Source of the DNA: Gammaproteobacteria bacterium
GTDB taxonomy: Bacteria > Pseudomonadota > Gammaproteobacteria > CBDBNL01 > JAAOII01
Assembly (NCBI GenBank): GCA_965207945.1
Contig: OZ242303.1
Location: 1,408,935-1,472,934, forward strand
Direction: 5' to 3'
DNA: 64,000 nucleotides
Shown here: positions 15,809 to 26,943 of the stretch, piece by piece
Layout: each line of letters opens with the position of its first letter
Position numbering within the stretch: position 1 is the first letter of the stretch
Notes under the pieces: generated by a model
Seen by the model: the letters and a program-made list of their open reading frames with translations, nothing else
Database searches by the model: none
Told to the model about the DNA's origin: nothing
Program-made: the position numbers and the translations under genes

Positions 15809-18388
15809 CTAGAACAATTTCTGGACTTCTTGTCTTTTTTCGTTATTACGAGTTATATTGCTTTCCGTGCTGATATCTGGATTTATATCCAAACCCTCGG
15901 TATCCAAAAAATTGTAATAATAATCAACAAAGACCGCGCTCTTTTTAATCCTCTCAATATATGCATTAATATGTTCAATGTTAATATATTCGGTAAACTC
16001 CCTCGTCGTTCCTTCACTGCTGATAGAGATTTCAGTAGCAACAAGTCCTTCAGGGACGGCAAAGTGTTTTTCGGGAACACCTCTAAGGGCTTTTTTCATA
16101 AAACTTTTCCATATAGGAAGAGCTGCAATACTGCCATATTCTATAGGACCCAGAGATTTGGGGCTATCAAAACCAACCCAACTTACCGCGACTAAATCTG
16201 GGTTATAGCCGACAAACCAAGCATCTACAAAATCTTGAGTAGTCCCTGTTTTCCCTGCTAAATCAAGCCGCCCCAAATCCTTTGCCCTAATTGCAGTTCC
16301 GCGCTGCACTACATCTCGCAGTATGGAATTAATTTGATAATATTCTTGCGGACTTATAACCCTGGTTATTTTATCTTTGTCATAGCCGCCTTCACTAAAT
16401 TTATCTACTACTTTACGAGAACATCTGCCACACCCCAACACCGCAAGTTCTTCTTCAGATAAAATTTCTTGCAATTCTTTATTTTGACATATAATGCATT
16501 CTTCGGATAATTCTTCTTGCTTTGGAGTTTGAATAGTAGCATATTGATAAAGGATTTTACCATCGGCGCTTTCTATGCGGTCTATAAAATTGGGTTCTAC
16601 TAAGTATCCCCCATTGGCTAAAACACCGTAAGCTCTTGTAACTTCCAACAAAGTAAGTTCGGCGCTCCCCAAAGATAAAGACAAATCGTTAGGCAGGTGT
16701 TTTTCTGGCAAGCCAAATTTTGTCATAAAAGAACGAACACGATTCACTCCCAATTCTCTTAACAACCTAACACTAATCAGATTACGTGAACGATACAGCC
16801 CCTCACGCATGGGGATGTAACCAAGAAAACGGCTACCAGCATTGGTGGGACGCCACACAAAGTTTCCGCTTGCCCCAGATACTAAAGGCGCGTCATTAAA
16901 CATATCTGCTCCGTTATACCCAAGCGATAAAGCCGCAGCGTATAAGAATGGCTTAATCGCCGAACCTATTTGACGCCGAGCCTGCACTGCGCGATTATAC
17001 TTAGTCAGCTGGAAATGATAGCCACCCACCATAGCGGCAATCATTCCGTTATTTGGATTAACCGCCAGTAGCGCTCCTTCTGCGCGAGGTATTTGAGAAA
17101 TACGAAAACCTTCCCCCTCCTCATTGTCAGAGAGGCGCACCATATCTCCAACAGATACTATGTCACTTGCCAGTTCTGGTTTATCACCTATTTCTTCCTC
17201 TGATATATAAGGAGCTGCCCAGGACAATCCATCCCAGTTAATAACTATCTCATCACCCGAAGATAAAACAACAATGATACTCTGTTCATCTATTTGCTTC
17301 ACTATGACAGGTTCCAAAGAATTATCATAGCTTGATATAGTTGCCAACTCTTTGAGGGCTTCAACATAAACTGGGTTTTCCGCAAAGAAATCTTCCGTTT
17401 CAACCAAACTTTCAAACTGTCTTTCGGCGCCACGCCATCCATGCCTTTTATCATAAGCCAGTAGACCAGACCTGACTGCTACGTTAGCATATTGCTGAAG
17501 TTTTTTGTCAACTGAGGTATATACCTTATAGCCGGCGGTGAGCATTTCATCAGAGTTTACCCCATATTTATCTGGGTCATTCAAAATGGCAAGGCGCGCG
17601 GTTTCAGATACATATAAGCCCTCTACTTCAGTAGCATAGTCGTAGGGCTTGCCGCTTATCTCTTCTTCTACGGCACTTAGATACTGCCCTCTTGATATAT
17701 ATCCTAATTTTGCCATGCGCATAAGTATCCAGTCGCGTCTTTCTTGAGCACGTTTAGGATTACTAACTGGATTCAACTTGGATGGGGCTTTGGGTAAGCC
17801 AGCTAACATCGCATACTGAGCTAAACTCAGCTCGCTTAAATCTAAGTTGTAATAGGTTTTTGCCGCCGCCGCCATACCAAAGGACTTATATCCTAAAAAT
17901 ATTGTGTTGACATATAACGACATAATATCCTGTTTGCTGAGAGCTCGCTCCATTTTAATTGCCAATAAAATCTCATTCAATTTACGCATTATGGTGCGAT
18001 CGCGAGTTAGATAATAATTACGCGCTACCTGCATAGTAATAGTGCTGCCGCCAGTTTGAGTAGAGCTGCGAGTAATTAGTTGAAAAACTGCCCGAGCAAG
18101 TCCGCGCGGGTCTAAGCCAATATGCTGAAAAAACCTAGAGTCCTCAGCGGAAATTAATGCATTGATGAGGTCTGTGGGAGTTTCTTCATAAGCAACAGGA
18201 GTCCTTTTGACATTCCCTATTTGAGATATAAGTGCGCCATCTACCGTAAAAATTCTCAGGGGTTCCTGATACTTAACATTACGCAGCTCATTTATGTTAG
18301 GCAAGCGCAGATATAAAACACTAACAAATAGGGCTATTGATAAGCCTCCCCATAGCGCGAAGTAAAAAAATAACTTATAAATTTTCAT
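15809..18388 (-). CDS. mrcA: Penicillin-binding protein 1A (bifunctional glycosyltransferase/transpeptidase)
   Basis: 859-aa ORF with an N-terminal TM helix, GT51 motifs (EDSRFFQH, GGSTITMQ) and transpeptidase motifs SAIKP, SRN and KTGT. Confidence 0.9.
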   Translation of the reverse strand: MKIYKLFFYFALWGGLSIALFVSVLYLRLPNINELRNVKYQEPLRIFTVDGALISQIGNVKRTPVAYEETPTDLINALISAEDSRFFQHIGLDPRGLARAVFQLITRSSTQTGGSTITMQVARNYYLTRDRTIMRKLNEILLAIKMERALSKQDIMSLYVNTIFLGYKSFGMAAAAKTYYNLDLSELSLAQYAMLAGLPKAPSKLNPVSNPKRAQERRDWILMRMAKLGYISRGQYLSAVEEEISGKPYDYATEVEGLYVSETARLAILNDPDKYGVNSDEMLTAGYKVYTSVDKKLQQYANVAVRSGLLAYDKRHGWRGAERQFESLVETEDFFAENPVYVEALKELATISSYDNSLEPVIVKQIDEQSIIVVLSSGDEIVINWDGLSWAAPYISEEEIGDKPELASDIVSVGDMVRLSDNEEGEGFRISQIPRAEGALLAVNPNNGMIAAMVGGYHFQLTKYNRAVQARRQIGSAIKPFLYAAALSLGYNGADMFNDAPLVSGASGNFVWRPTNAGSRFLGYIPMREGLYRSRNLISVRLLRELGVNRVRSFMTKFGLPEKHLPNDLSLSLGSAELTLLEVTRAYGVLANGGYLVEPNFIDRIESADGKILYQYATIQTPKQEELSEECIICQNKELQEILSEEELAVLGCGRCSRKVVDKFSEGGYDKDKITRVISPQEYYQINSILRDVVQRGTAIRAKDLGRLDLAGKTGTTQDFVDAWFVGYNPDLVAVSWVGFDSPKSLGPIEYGSIAALPIWKSFMKKALRGVPEKHFAVPEGLVATEISISSEGTTREFTEYINIEHINAYIERIKKSAVFVDYYYNFLDTEGLDINPDISTESNITRNNEKRQEVQKLF

Positions 18389-18432
18389 TGTATGAGTATT
18401 GTAGCAATATGTTAAAGATTATGTTAAAGATT

Positions 18433-19656
18433 TTACAATCTGGCAACTTTAGTAGCAATTGCCGCTTTGGCAACCGCATTTCCTGCAACTTCTAACAAAC
18501 GGGGGTCCATTGGCTTAGGCAGGATATACTCCTTGCCAAACTTTAATGTCTCCTTCTTATATAGCTTCTGAATAGCAAGAGGAACTTCTTTGCGTGCCAA
18601 AGAGCTCACCGCGCGGGCGCAGGCAAGTTTCATTTCTATGTTTATTGCAGAAGAGCGGGTCTTAAGCGCCCCATAAAAGATATAAGGAAAAGCCAGCACA
18701 TTGTTTACTTGATTAGGATAATCTGAGCGTCCCGTTGCCATAATTGCATCCTTGCGCGTTGCCCTTACCAACTCGGGTTTTATCTCTGGGTCGGGGTTGG
18801 CGCAGGCAAAGATTATTGGGTTAGGCGCCATCACTTTTATATTATCCGTGACTAATAGATTCCCTTTGGAAAATCCTAAAATAACATCGGCATCCTGACA
18901 GGCGTCTGCAAGGACACGATCTTTGGTGGTAGCGGCAAATCTTCCCTTGAGCGCTCCATTATTAGCTCTGCCCTTATATACTACGCCTTGGCTATCTATC
19001 AACCTTAAATTATTAACGCTAATGCCCATGCCCTGTAAAAGTTCTAAGGTTGCTAAAGCAGCGGCTCCAGCTCCTATGCATACAATCTTAAGGTTTTTCC
19101 ATTTCTTTTTCTGCAGTTCCACCGCATTAATCATCGCTGCCAGAGTAACTATGGCGGTTCCATGCTGGTCATCGTGAAACACTGGAATATCACATATCTT
19201 TTGTAATTCTTTTTCAATATAAAAACAATCAGGCGCTTTTATGTCCTCTAAATTAATTCCGCCAAAAGTAGGCGCCAAAGCCCTGACGATTTCAACAAAT
19301 TTCTTAGGGTCCTTTTCATCCACCTCCAAATCAAAAGCATCTATGTTGGCAAATCGCTTAAACAACACTGCCTTCCCTTCCATAACTGGTTTACTAGCCA
19401 TAGCTCCCAAGTTACCCAGCCCTAATATTGCTGAACCATTGGATATTATTCCCACCAAGTTGGATTTAGCAGTATAGTCATATACACTAAGTGGCTCTTC
19501 AGCTATTCTCAGAACTGGTTCGGCAACTCCAGGACTATAAGCCAGAGTTAAATCTCCTGGCGTTTTTGCTGGTTTAGTTATCTTAATCGCAACTTTGCCT
19601 GCTGGCTCACGTGAATGATAAGCTAATGATTTTTTTCGTAAATTTGTTTCTTTCAT
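18433..19656 (-). CDS. NAD(P)-dependent malic enzyme, short form without a PTA domain
   Basis: 407-aa ORF with the LAYSPGVAEP malic-enzyme N-domain, an NAD-binding GAGAAA motif and NNVLAFP. Confidence 0.85.
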   Translation of the reverse strand: MKETNLRKKSLAYHSREPAGKVAIKITKPAKTPGDLTLAYSPGVAEPVLRIAEEPLSVYDYTAKSNLVGIISNGSAILGLGNLGAMASKPVMEGKAVLFKRFANIDAFDLEVDEKDPKKFVEIVRALAPTFGGINLEDIKAPDCFYIEKELQKICDIPVFHDDQHGTAIVTLAAMINAVELQKKKWKNLKIVCIGAGAAALATLELLQGMGISVNNLRLIDSQGVVYKGRANNGALKGRFAATTKDRVLADACQDADVILGFSKGNLLVTDNIKVMAPNPIIFACANPDPEIKPELVRATRKDAIMATGRSDYPNQVNNVLAFPYIFYGALKTRSSAINIEMKLACARAVSSLARKEVPLAIQKLYKKETLKFGKEYILPKPMDPRLLEVAGNAVAKAAIATKVARL

Positions 19657-19684
19657 AATGTATAACTAATAATATAATTTATGA

Positions 19685-19768
19685 TGCCGAAGAGAGGACT
19701 CGAACCTCCACGGGATTGCTCCCACTAGATCCTGAATCTAGCGTGTCTACCAATTTCACCACCTCGGC
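19685..19768 (-). tRNA. tRNA-Leu (anticodon CAG) with long variable arm
   Basis: The reverse complement reads GCCGAGGTGGTGAAATTGGTAGACACGCTAGATTCAGGATCTAGTGGGAGCAATCCCGTGGAGGTTCGAGTCCTCTCTTCGGCA, which folds as a cloverleaf with a CAG anticodon loop. CCA is not encoded. Confidence 0.85.
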
Positions 19769-19793
19769 ATTATTTGTTTATTTTACAGGAAAT

Positions 19794-20540
19794 TTATGCC
19801 TCCACCTCTGTAGATTTACGAAGTTTTCCCTTTGTCAAATCTTTTATAAACAACTCCACCTGTTCAGTAGCTTGACCATAGTAGCCATGGTCAAAATACT
19901 GCTGCACCATAGATGGCTCAAGGTTTATCTCACAACACAATGCTCCCGCCATGCGCGCTTGTAGGACAAAACCTGCCGCTGGAAAAACATTGCCAGAGGT
20001 TCCTATCGCGACAAATACATCGCAATTGCTTAATGCATCATTAATCTCCTCCATTCTATAAGGCATCTCGCCAAACCACACTATATCTGGTCTTAAACTG
20101 CCAATCATAGAACAAGCAGGACATCCTTCTTCTTTAGATAAATCTTCCTTACGTTCAAACTTTGCCCCGCAACTGGAACAGAATATCTTGTATAGTTCTC
20201 CATGCATGTGGGCAACTCGGTTAGCCCCGCCACGTTCATGCAAATCATCTATATTTTGGGTTACTAAAAACAGTTTATCTTGTAATTTTTTTTCTAAACC
20301 ACCCAAAGCAATATGAGCCGCATTGGGTTGCACCTTGCCCAGGTCTTGACGACGAGTATTATAAAATTTATGCACCAGGTCGGGGTCACGGGCAAAGCCC
20401 TCAGGGGTTGCCACCTCATCTACAGGATGATTTTCCCACAGCCCATCTGAGGCACGAAAAGTTTTTATGCCGGATTCAGCGGATACCCCTGCCCCGGTCA
20501 GGATAACCAGAGCATATTTATTTTCTTTTAATTCGGACAT
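19794..20540 (-). CDS. cobB: NAD-dependent protein deacylase (sirtuin)
   Basis: GAGVSAESGI NAD pocket, a Zn ribbon (CSSCG...CPAC) and HGxL. Confidence 0.85.
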   Translation of the reverse strand: MSELKENKYALVILTGAGVSAESGIKTFRASDGLWENHPVDEVATPEGFARDPDLVHKFYNTRRQDLGKVQPNAAHIALGGLEKKLQDKLFLVTQNIDDLHERGGANRVAHMHGELYKIFCSSCGAKFERKEDLSKEEGCPACSMIGSLRPDIVWFGEMPYRMEEINDALSNCDVFVAIGTSGNVFPAAGFVLQARMAGALCCEINLEPSMVQQYFDHGYYGQATEQVELFIKDLTKGKLRKSTEVEA

Positions 20541-20586
20541 TATTCGGATTTTACTTGGATGTTACTTGGATATTATTTGGATGTTA

Positions 20587-22464
20587 TTAAGATGTTAGAT
20601 TATTTAATTCTTGCTGTAATTTATCATGTGTATTCTGCAAAGTTGCGGCACGGCTATCTTCACCTGCTGCCTGCCATTTATCTATTGCCTGCAACGTCTT
20701 ACTGATTTGAATCTTTAAGCTGGCAATTTTCCTTTGCTTAACAGAAATATCTTCTGCGGGCGAACTATCTGTTGTCTGTTTCATCTTGGCAATTCGCTCT
20801 GCCCTTCTTGCCGCAAGTTCCTCTTTTTGTTTATCCAACCTTAGTGTATGAACATTAAACCTATCCCTTGCTCTATCCGCTTTATATTTATTGAGTTGTT
20901 CGGTTTTACTTGACTCCTTAGCAAATATATAATAATCACTCAAGGGTATATTGCTGGGGCATACATAATCACAAGCAGCGCATTCAATACAAGAAAATAA
21001 TCCCTCATCCACTGCCAACGGTATCTTATCCGCTTTGATATATCGGTAGAGTTGTTGCGGCAACAAACGGGCTGGACAGACCTGCTCGCACAAGCCACAT
21101 TTTATGCACTCGCGATGCTGAGTCCATTGTTTATCAAAGAGAGGGGTATCAGCGCTACGCCATAAGGCGCTTTGTGTCAGCGGTGCGTCCTGTTTATGCC
21201 TCTGTTCATCTTCATGCCCATGCCCGTTCTCATATCCATTATCCTCAATATTACCCCCAACATTACTACTGTTATTAGCAAGCATATTAGGTGATTTCTT
21301 AAACACCAATAGGCAATTTGTTGAGGAGGAAACTGGCATATTCAAATCATCAATTTTATAGTTCATCATTGCCCCGCCCATAAAAACATTAACCGAAGAT
21401 AAATCCTTAACCCCAGTTTGCAATAAGATTTGATTAATCGGAGTTCCCAACCGCACCCAATGATTACGAGGTTGAGGAACTCCATTACCCGCCACAGTGA
21501 TAATTCTTTGCAACAAAGGTTCATTGTGCACCACAGCCCGATATATAGCGCGTAAGGTTGCAACATTCAAACATAAAATGCCCTGCTGAACTGCTATTTT
21601 TCCACTTGGTATTTCCGTGCCAAGCAACGCCAAAATAAGTTGCTTCTCGCTTCCCATAGGATAAATTGTTGGCAACACCTTAAGTTGGGGACTGGGAATT
21701 GTTGGACTCGCAAGCCCGGCTTCTTTAGCTTCTTTAGCTTCTTTATTTTTGATTGCCGCACCAATTGCATCTATGGCAGAGGACATGTTATTTTCAAGCG
21801 CTATTATTGTCTGCGGGTTGCAGCCGAGTATTTTATTAGCTATGGGTATAGCTGCAACAACCTCATCACTATAAGAGTCAAGCAAAGCATGGTCAACTGT
21901 TATATATGGTTCACACTCTACAGCATTTACTATTAAATGCTTGACCTTCTGCGCCCCCATCTTGCGCAAAGCAGGAAATCCGCCACCGCCCATGCCATAT
22001 ATTGCCGCCCTTTTCAATCGTTCAATCAGCTCCTGCCGAGTACAATCTTGATAGCTTTTATTCTCAGGTGGAGTAACTCTCTCATGCTTGTTGTCGCTGC
22101 GTAACACCAAACACTCGGAATAATACGGCACTCTTCCGCTGATTAATATATTAGTAGTCCCCGTTATGACTCCTGATACTGGCGCCATCCTGTGCTTTTC
22201 GCCTGCCGTAATTGGCTCATTAATAAACTGTCCTGCCAAGACCCTATCACCTACCGCTACTTTATTTCCCATCTGCACTCCTGCTTTAGTGATAGGAATA
22301 TAAAATTCATCTGCGGGAATAATATCTCCTATAGGCAAGCGCATACTTTCTTCTTTATGCTCTGGCGGTTTAACTCCGCCGTGGAAAGTGCGTTTTAGCC
22401 GTGTGGTTATAGGCGCCTTAAATATTTGCGCCACTGACTGCGTCAGTCCTTGTATTTTAGACAC
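20587..22464 (-). CDS. rnfC: Rnf/Rsx electron-transport complex subunit C with a long coiled-coil C-terminal extension
   Basis: RnfC N-domain, an NADH/FMN-binding region (GMGGGGFP) and two 4Fe-4S motifs ([24 protein letters not shown]). Confidence 0.8.
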   Translation of the reverse strand: MSKIQGLTQSVAQIFKAPITTRLKRTFHGGVKPPEHKEESMRLPIGDIIPADEFYIPITKAGVQMGNKVAVGDRVLAGQFINEPITAGEKHRMAPVSGVITGTTNILISGRVPYYSECLVLRSDNKHERVTPPENKSYQDCTRQELIERLKRAAIYGMGGGGFPALRKMGAQKVKHLIVNAVECEPYITVDHALLDSYSDEVVAAIPIANKILGCNPQTIIALENNMSSAIDAIGAAIKNKEAKEAKEAGLASPTIPSPQLKVLPTIYPMGSEKQLILALLGTEIPSGKIAVQQGILCLNVATLRAIYRAVVHNEPLLQRIITVAGNGVPQPRNHWVRLGTPINQILLQTGVKDLSSVNVFMGGAMMNYKIDDLNMPVSSSTNCLLVFKKSPNMLANNSSNVGGNIEDNGYENGHGHEDEQRHKQDAPLTQSALWRSADTPLFDKQWTQHRECIKCGLCEQVCPARLLPQQLYRYIKADKIPLAVDEGLFSCIECAACDYVCPSNIPLSDYYIFAKESSKTEQLNKYKADRARDRFNVHTLRLDKQKEELAARRAERIAKMKQTTDSSPAEDISVKQRKIASLKIQISKTLQAIDKWQAAGEDSRAATLQNTHDKLQQELNNLTS

Positions 22465-23023
22465 GGGCGTCTGTGGTGATGATCTGATATTCTTTATCGG
22501 GCCTTATAGGAAGTTTAGAATTATTTATACTTGTCAATTCCACCATATCTATACAATCCACAGGGCAAGGGTCAACGCATAAATCACAACCAGTACATTC
22601 GTCAAGGATAACTGTGTGCATTTTTTTAGCCGCTCCTACTATGGCGTCAACGGGGCATGCTTGGATACATTTGGTACATCCTATGCACTCGTCCTCACGA
22701 ATAATTGCCACACTTGGCGGCTGTTCCGCACCATGACTCTCATCTTGTGGTAAGGGGTCGCGATTAAGTAAATCCGCTAGTTGCTGAATTACATCAGCTC
22801 CACCAGGTGGACACTTATTGATTGCGTCTCCTTTGGCTATTGCTTCAGCATAAGGACGGCAGCCAGGGTATCCGCACTGTCCGCACTGAGTTTGGGGTAA
22901 TATGGCGTCTATTCTATCTATAGTAGGATCTTTCTTCACCCTTAAAAATGCTGCAGCAATGCCCAGCGATAATCCTGTTATCAGGGTGAGAGCCAATAAA
23001 TAAAATAATGAATAAATAGGCAT
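22457..23023 (-). CDS. rnfB: Rnf/Rsx electron-transport complex subunit B
   Basis: N-terminal TM helix, the CGQCGYPGC cluster and two ferredoxin CxxCxxCxxxCP motifs. Confidence 0.8.
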   Translation of the reverse strand: MPIYSLFYLLALTLITGLSLGIAAAFLRVKKDPTIDRIDAILPQTQCGQCGYPGCRPYAEAIAKGDAINKCPPGGADVIQQLADLLNRDPLPQDESHGAEQPPSVAIIREDECIGCTKCIQACPVDAIVGAAKKMHTVILDECTGCDLCVDPCPVDCIDMVELTSINNSKLPIRPDKEYQIITTDARV

Positions 23024-23045
23024 TCCCTTAAATTATAATAGCTAT

Positions 23046-23645
23046 ATGAGTGATTTTAAACAAGGAATGGCATTAATTAGGGGAAGATACATAATATTTA
23101 TATTATTGTTTATGGCACAAATACAGAGTGTGCAGGCGGTAGATTGGGGTTTGCAGTATCAGGGGGGAGATAATGATAATAATATAGCCATTAGTTATGC
23201 AGAGCGGGATCTTCCACAAAATATGCGTGAATGGTATTTGGGCTGTAGAGAGTTTGAGCGTTCAGATACGGACTTACATAAAAAAGAAAAGGCCTCGGGT
23301 TGTGGCTTAGCTTTTTCTTGGCGTTATTATTTCCGTCCATTATTTTCCTCCCCCCGAGTATCCCCTCGTGGAAGTTTCTTTTTAGGGGTGCGCAATGATT
23401 GGTGGCGGCTATATTATGATTGGGAGGGTGATTTCGCACAAGCAGATAATAAAGATGCCGCTCAAAAGGGACGTTCCACCGTTGACTCTCTTACTCCTGC
23501 AGCTATAGTGGGCTGGAGTTTTGGTGATGCGAAAATCTCTTATGATATTTATTTTTCTGTCGGCAATGAATTTAATGTCATAACCGATGGAGAAGATGTG
23601 AGTGATGGCAGCATTATATTGGGGGGGATAGGTATCAGGTTTTAG
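23046..23645 (+). CDS. Putative small outer-membrane beta-barrel protein
   Basis: Signal peptide (IIFILLFMAQIQSVQA), an aromatic-rich alternating pattern and a C-terminal ...GIGIRF ending in Phe. Confidence 0.4.
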   Translation: MSDFKQGMALIRGRYIIFILLFMAQIQSVQAVDWGLQYQGGDNDNNIAISYAERDLPQNMREWYLGCREFERSDTDLHKKEKASGCGLAFSWRYYFRPLFSSPRVSPRGSFFLGVRNDWWRLYYDWEGDFAQADNKDAAQKGRSTVDSLTPAAIVGWSFGDAKISYDIYFSVGNEFNVITDGEDVSDGSIILGGIGIRF

Positions 23646-23656
23646 AATGTTAGGTT

Positions 23657-24592
23657 TTAAAATATTAAATTAAAGTTTAATCCCATCGTCTCGCTTTTGG
23701 CACCGTAATAGGGGCTATAATCGCTAAATCCTTCACTCCAATCCGCAGTAATACGCCAGCCAGTAACTGGCGACTTAGATTTTTCTAGACCAACTTTAAC
23801 CTGATATGTTGAGCCCCAATCATTATATTCATAAGCCCTTTGCTCGGCGCCAAAAATCAGGCGGACAACATTGCCTGGCGCCGCGCCACGATAGTCAAAA
23901 CCATAACGGGCAAACTTTTGGTCAAGGTTAAGATTATTCTGCAAATAGTTCCCATAAGCTATGTAGTAGCGCAAAGACGTATGAATATCCCCGAATAGAA
24001 GTTCTAAATAGTCCCCTTCCAATAAAGGAGTTGCCCTTGCCTGATTAGCTATGTCTATTCCTATTTCTTCCAGTTTTTTATTGTTAGCATCCTCATCAAT
24101 CCCTTCAGTGCCAGGTTCCACAGGCAAATAATCTAAAAATTGACGGTGCACTTCCTTGCGTTCATAATTCCAATTTAAACGCAGAACAAAGGAATTAAGC
24201 AACAAGCCAATGTTGTATCCCAAAATATAGTCATTATTTATGAGCAATAATTCTTCCTCATTTTTATTGTCGGTTGGAGTTAAGTCCATATAAGAAAAAT
24301 GGTTTTTCATCCCAACCACGCCGCCTATTTCCACTATTTGCGACCTACCAAAATACCATCTACTGAGAGAAAATTCTTTAGCTATATCAAAGGTCAGCAA
24401 ATTTTCTTCACCAAAAATATCATGTTTAGATTCATAAGAGTTAACCGAGAAGCCATTATTATATCGAGCCGCCAAAGGGGCTAAAAATATTCCGCCTTCG
24501 GAAAAAGTTGCTCCATTAGGAGCATCGGGGAAAAAAGAAAATATTGAGCCGCTAAGAACTAAGGTGGATAGGATGGGGAGAAGGGAAGTCAT
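23657..24592 (-). CDS. Putative outer-membrane beta-barrel protein
   Basis: Signal peptide, many Y/W/F-rich strands and a C-terminal ...GLNFNLIF beta-barrel signature. I do not recognise the family. Confidence 0.4.
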   Translation of the reverse strand: MTSLLPILSTLVLSGSIFSFFPDAPNGATFSEGGIFLAPLAARYNNGFSVNSYESKHDIFGEENLLTFDIAKEFSLSRWYFGRSQIVEIGGVVGMKNHFSYMDLTPTDNKNEEELLLINNDYILGYNIGLLLNSFVLRLNWNYERKEVHRQFLDYLPVEPGTEGIDEDANNKKLEEIGIDIANQARATPLLEGDYLELLFGDIHTSLRYYIAYGNYLQNNLNLDQKFARYGFDYRGAAPGNVVRLIFGAEQRAYEYNDWGSTYQVKVGLEKSKSPVTGWRITADWSEGFSDYSPYYGAKSETMGLNFNLIF

Positions 24593-26028
24593 TATTTAGA
24601 TTTTTTAATCTTAGCAATGGTAGAGGTTGTAGAAATATCAGCAGTATGACAAAGAATTTTAACCTTACCTCCATAAGATTCCACTATATCATAACCTACT
24701 ACATCGGTTCTTTTTTTATAATCACCTCCCTTAACTAATAGGTCGGGCTTAATTTTGTGCAATAAAACCTCTGGGGTCTTCTCACTAAAAGGTACCACCC
24801 AATCCACTTGACGCAAACTTTTTAGCACTTCAGCCCGAGCGCGTAAATCATTTATTGGACGATTTTTCCCCTTGAGCCCGCGCGCTGATTTATCATCATT
24901 AATCGCCACCACCAATCTATCGCCAAGCTGTGCCGCTTGACGCAAATACGTAACATGTCCAGCATGCAGAATATCAAAAACCCCGTTGGTAAATACTATC
25001 TTGTGCCCTTTGGAGCGTTCTTTGTTTATTTGCTTAACCAACTCATCGGAGGATATATAAGGCATCTCATTCGCCAAAGGACCCGCCAAAGGACGGACAA
25101 CATCGTCATAGCCAATAACTCCAGTCCCAGCTTTAGTAACACTTACGCCTGCGGCTGCGCTTGCCAATTCTGTTGCCTCTTCTAGTTTCATCCCTGCGCC
25201 TATAGCAGCACTAAGAACAGCAACCACCGTATCTCCAGCGCCCGTAACATCATAAACCTCTCGGACTTGAGCTGGAATATTGTAAGTGCGATCCTGCAGG
25301 ACCAAGGACATTCCATCAGAGCCGCGAGTGATCAACAACGCCTTTAGTTTGAGCTGTTTAACCATATTGCGCGCCTTAGACAGAAACTCTTGCTCATCGC
25401 CGCAATCTCCAACAACTGCCACAAACTCTGCGTAGTTCGGAGTAAGGACATCAGCCCCTTTATAAGGAGAAAAATCTTTTCTTTTAGGGTCAATAATAAC
25501 AAAGGTACCCTGCTTTTTAGCAGCGGCGATTATCGGCTCTATATCTGCTAAAGAGCCCTTGTTATAATCCGAAAGAATTAACAAGTCGGCAAATCTTAAT
25601 TTCTTTATCAATGATTTATTCATGCGCCCCGCCTCTGCACTTAAATCATCTTCAAAATCTAACCTTAATAATTGTTGTGAAGAAACCACCCTAAGCTTAG
25701 TGGTGGTGATAGATTTAGCAGTTACGGTTAAGTTATCTTTAATATTGCCTTGCTTAATTAGTTTACGGATAGCTGCACCTTCACGGTCCTTGCCGATAAC
25801 GCCAAAAAGGTGTGGTTTAATACCCCAACCGCTAAGATTCAATGCTACGTTTGCCGCACCGCCTAAGCGATTTTCTTTGTTATCAACATGGACTACCGGG
25901 ACAGGCGCCTCTGGAGAAATGCGTGATACCTTGCCTTTGAAATAGCGGTCGAGCAGGACATCGCCTGCAACGATAACTTTTGCTTTAGCAAAAAAGCGTA
26001 AATCTGGAATTTTGTTGATACTAACCAT
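24592..26028 (-). CDS. hldE: Bifunctional D-beta-D-heptose 7-phosphate kinase / heptose 1-phosphate adenylyltransferase
   Basis: 478-aa ORF with an N-terminal PfkB kinase domain (GGAANVA, DVTGAGD) and a C-terminal cytidylyltransferase domain (FTNGVFDILHAGH). Confidence 0.9.
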   Translation of the reverse strand: MVSINKIPDLRFFAKAKVIVAGDVLLDRYFKGKVSRISPEAPVPVVHVDNKENRLGGAANVALNLSGWGIKPHLFGVIGKDREGAAIRKLIKQGNIKDNLTVTAKSITTTKLRVVSSQQLLRLDFEDDLSAEAGRMNKSLIKKLRFADLLILSDYNKGSLADIEPIIAAAKKQGTFVIIDPKRKDFSPYKGADVLTPNYAEFVAVVGDCGDEQEFLSKARNMVKQLKLKALLITRGSDGMSLVLQDRTYNIPAQVREVYDVTGAGDTVVAVLSAAIGAGMKLEEATELASAAAGVSVTKAGTGVIGYDDVVRPLAGPLANEMPYISSDELVKQINKERSKGHKIVFTNGVFDILHAGHVTYLRQAAQLGDRLVVAINDDKSARGLKGKNRPINDLRARAEVLKSLRQVDWVVPFSEKTPEVLLHKIKPDLLVKGGDYKKRTDVVGYDIVESYGGKVKILCHTADISTTSTIAKIKKSK

Positions 26029-26086
26029 ACTTATAATGATATATTTTATAAGATATTAAGCAATAATATAGTAAATAGATAGATTA

Positions 26087-26830
26087 TTGTTTATACTATT
26101 AACAACGATGAATCTTAATATCATTTCTTTTTATTGCTTTGCGGATTTTATAGAATATAAACGCTGGCAGCCCCCTTTGGAGAAGCTATGTTCTGCATTG
26201 CGGGGAACCATAATCTTGTCACCTGAGGGCGTAAACGTGTCTTTAGCTGGCGAAGAGAAGCAATTATCTGCAGTAGTTAATTTTTTTACTAAGGATAAAA
26301 GATTTACTGATATGGATATTAAAAAAAATAAAATTGATAAGATACCATTTAGGAGGCTGAAAATTAAATGTAAAAAAGAAATAATAACTTTCCGTTCCGC
26401 TGGGAATGCTCCTGATAAAGAGCTAACCCAAAATGGGAGGATGACTAAGAGATTAAATCCACAAGAGTGGAATAATCTCATAGAGGATGAAAACACTATT
26501 GTACTTGACACACGTAATAATTTTGAATGTGAAATGGGAAGTTTCCCTAAGGCAATCAATCCACGTGTGAATTACTTTAGTGAGATGGCGGAGTATGTGA
26601 ATAGACATAAAGAAAAAATAAAAGACAGACCAATTGCGATATTTTGCACCGGAGGAATTCGTTGCGAAAAATTGGCTAATTATATGTTACATCAAGGAAT
26701 ACAACAGGTTTATCAACTTAACAGCGGGATACTCGGGTATCTGCAGAAGGTTAAGAAAAGCGAAAATCTGTGGCAAGGGAATTGCTTTGTTTTTGATGAA
26801 CGTATAAATGTCAATAGCAATGGAGATTAA
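26087..26830 (+). CDS. trhO: Rhodanese-domain tRNA uridine(34) hydroxylase (YceA/TrhO family)
   Basis: UPF0176-like N-domain plus a rhodanese active-site loop (CTGGIRCEK). Confidence 0.75.
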   Translation: MFILLTTMNLNIISFYCFADFIEYKRWQPPLEKLCSALRGTIILSPEGVNVSLAGEEKQLSAVVNFFTKDKRFTDMDIKKNKIDKIPFRRLKIKCKKEIITFRSAGNAPDKELTQNGRMTKRLNPQEWNNLIEDENTIVLDTRNNFECEMGSFPKAINPRVNYFSEMAEYVNRHKEKIKDRPIAIFCTGGIRCEKLANYMLHQGIQQVYQLNSGILGYLQKVKKSENLWQGNCFVFDERINVNSNGD

Positions 26831-26943
26831 TTTATATTTCATATTCATTTTAGACAAATAAGTTGATCTAAGCCCAAGATTTATTTTCATAAGAAAATAT
26901 TTGTCAGGGTTTAGGGAGATTAGAATAACAATTACTATTTATT

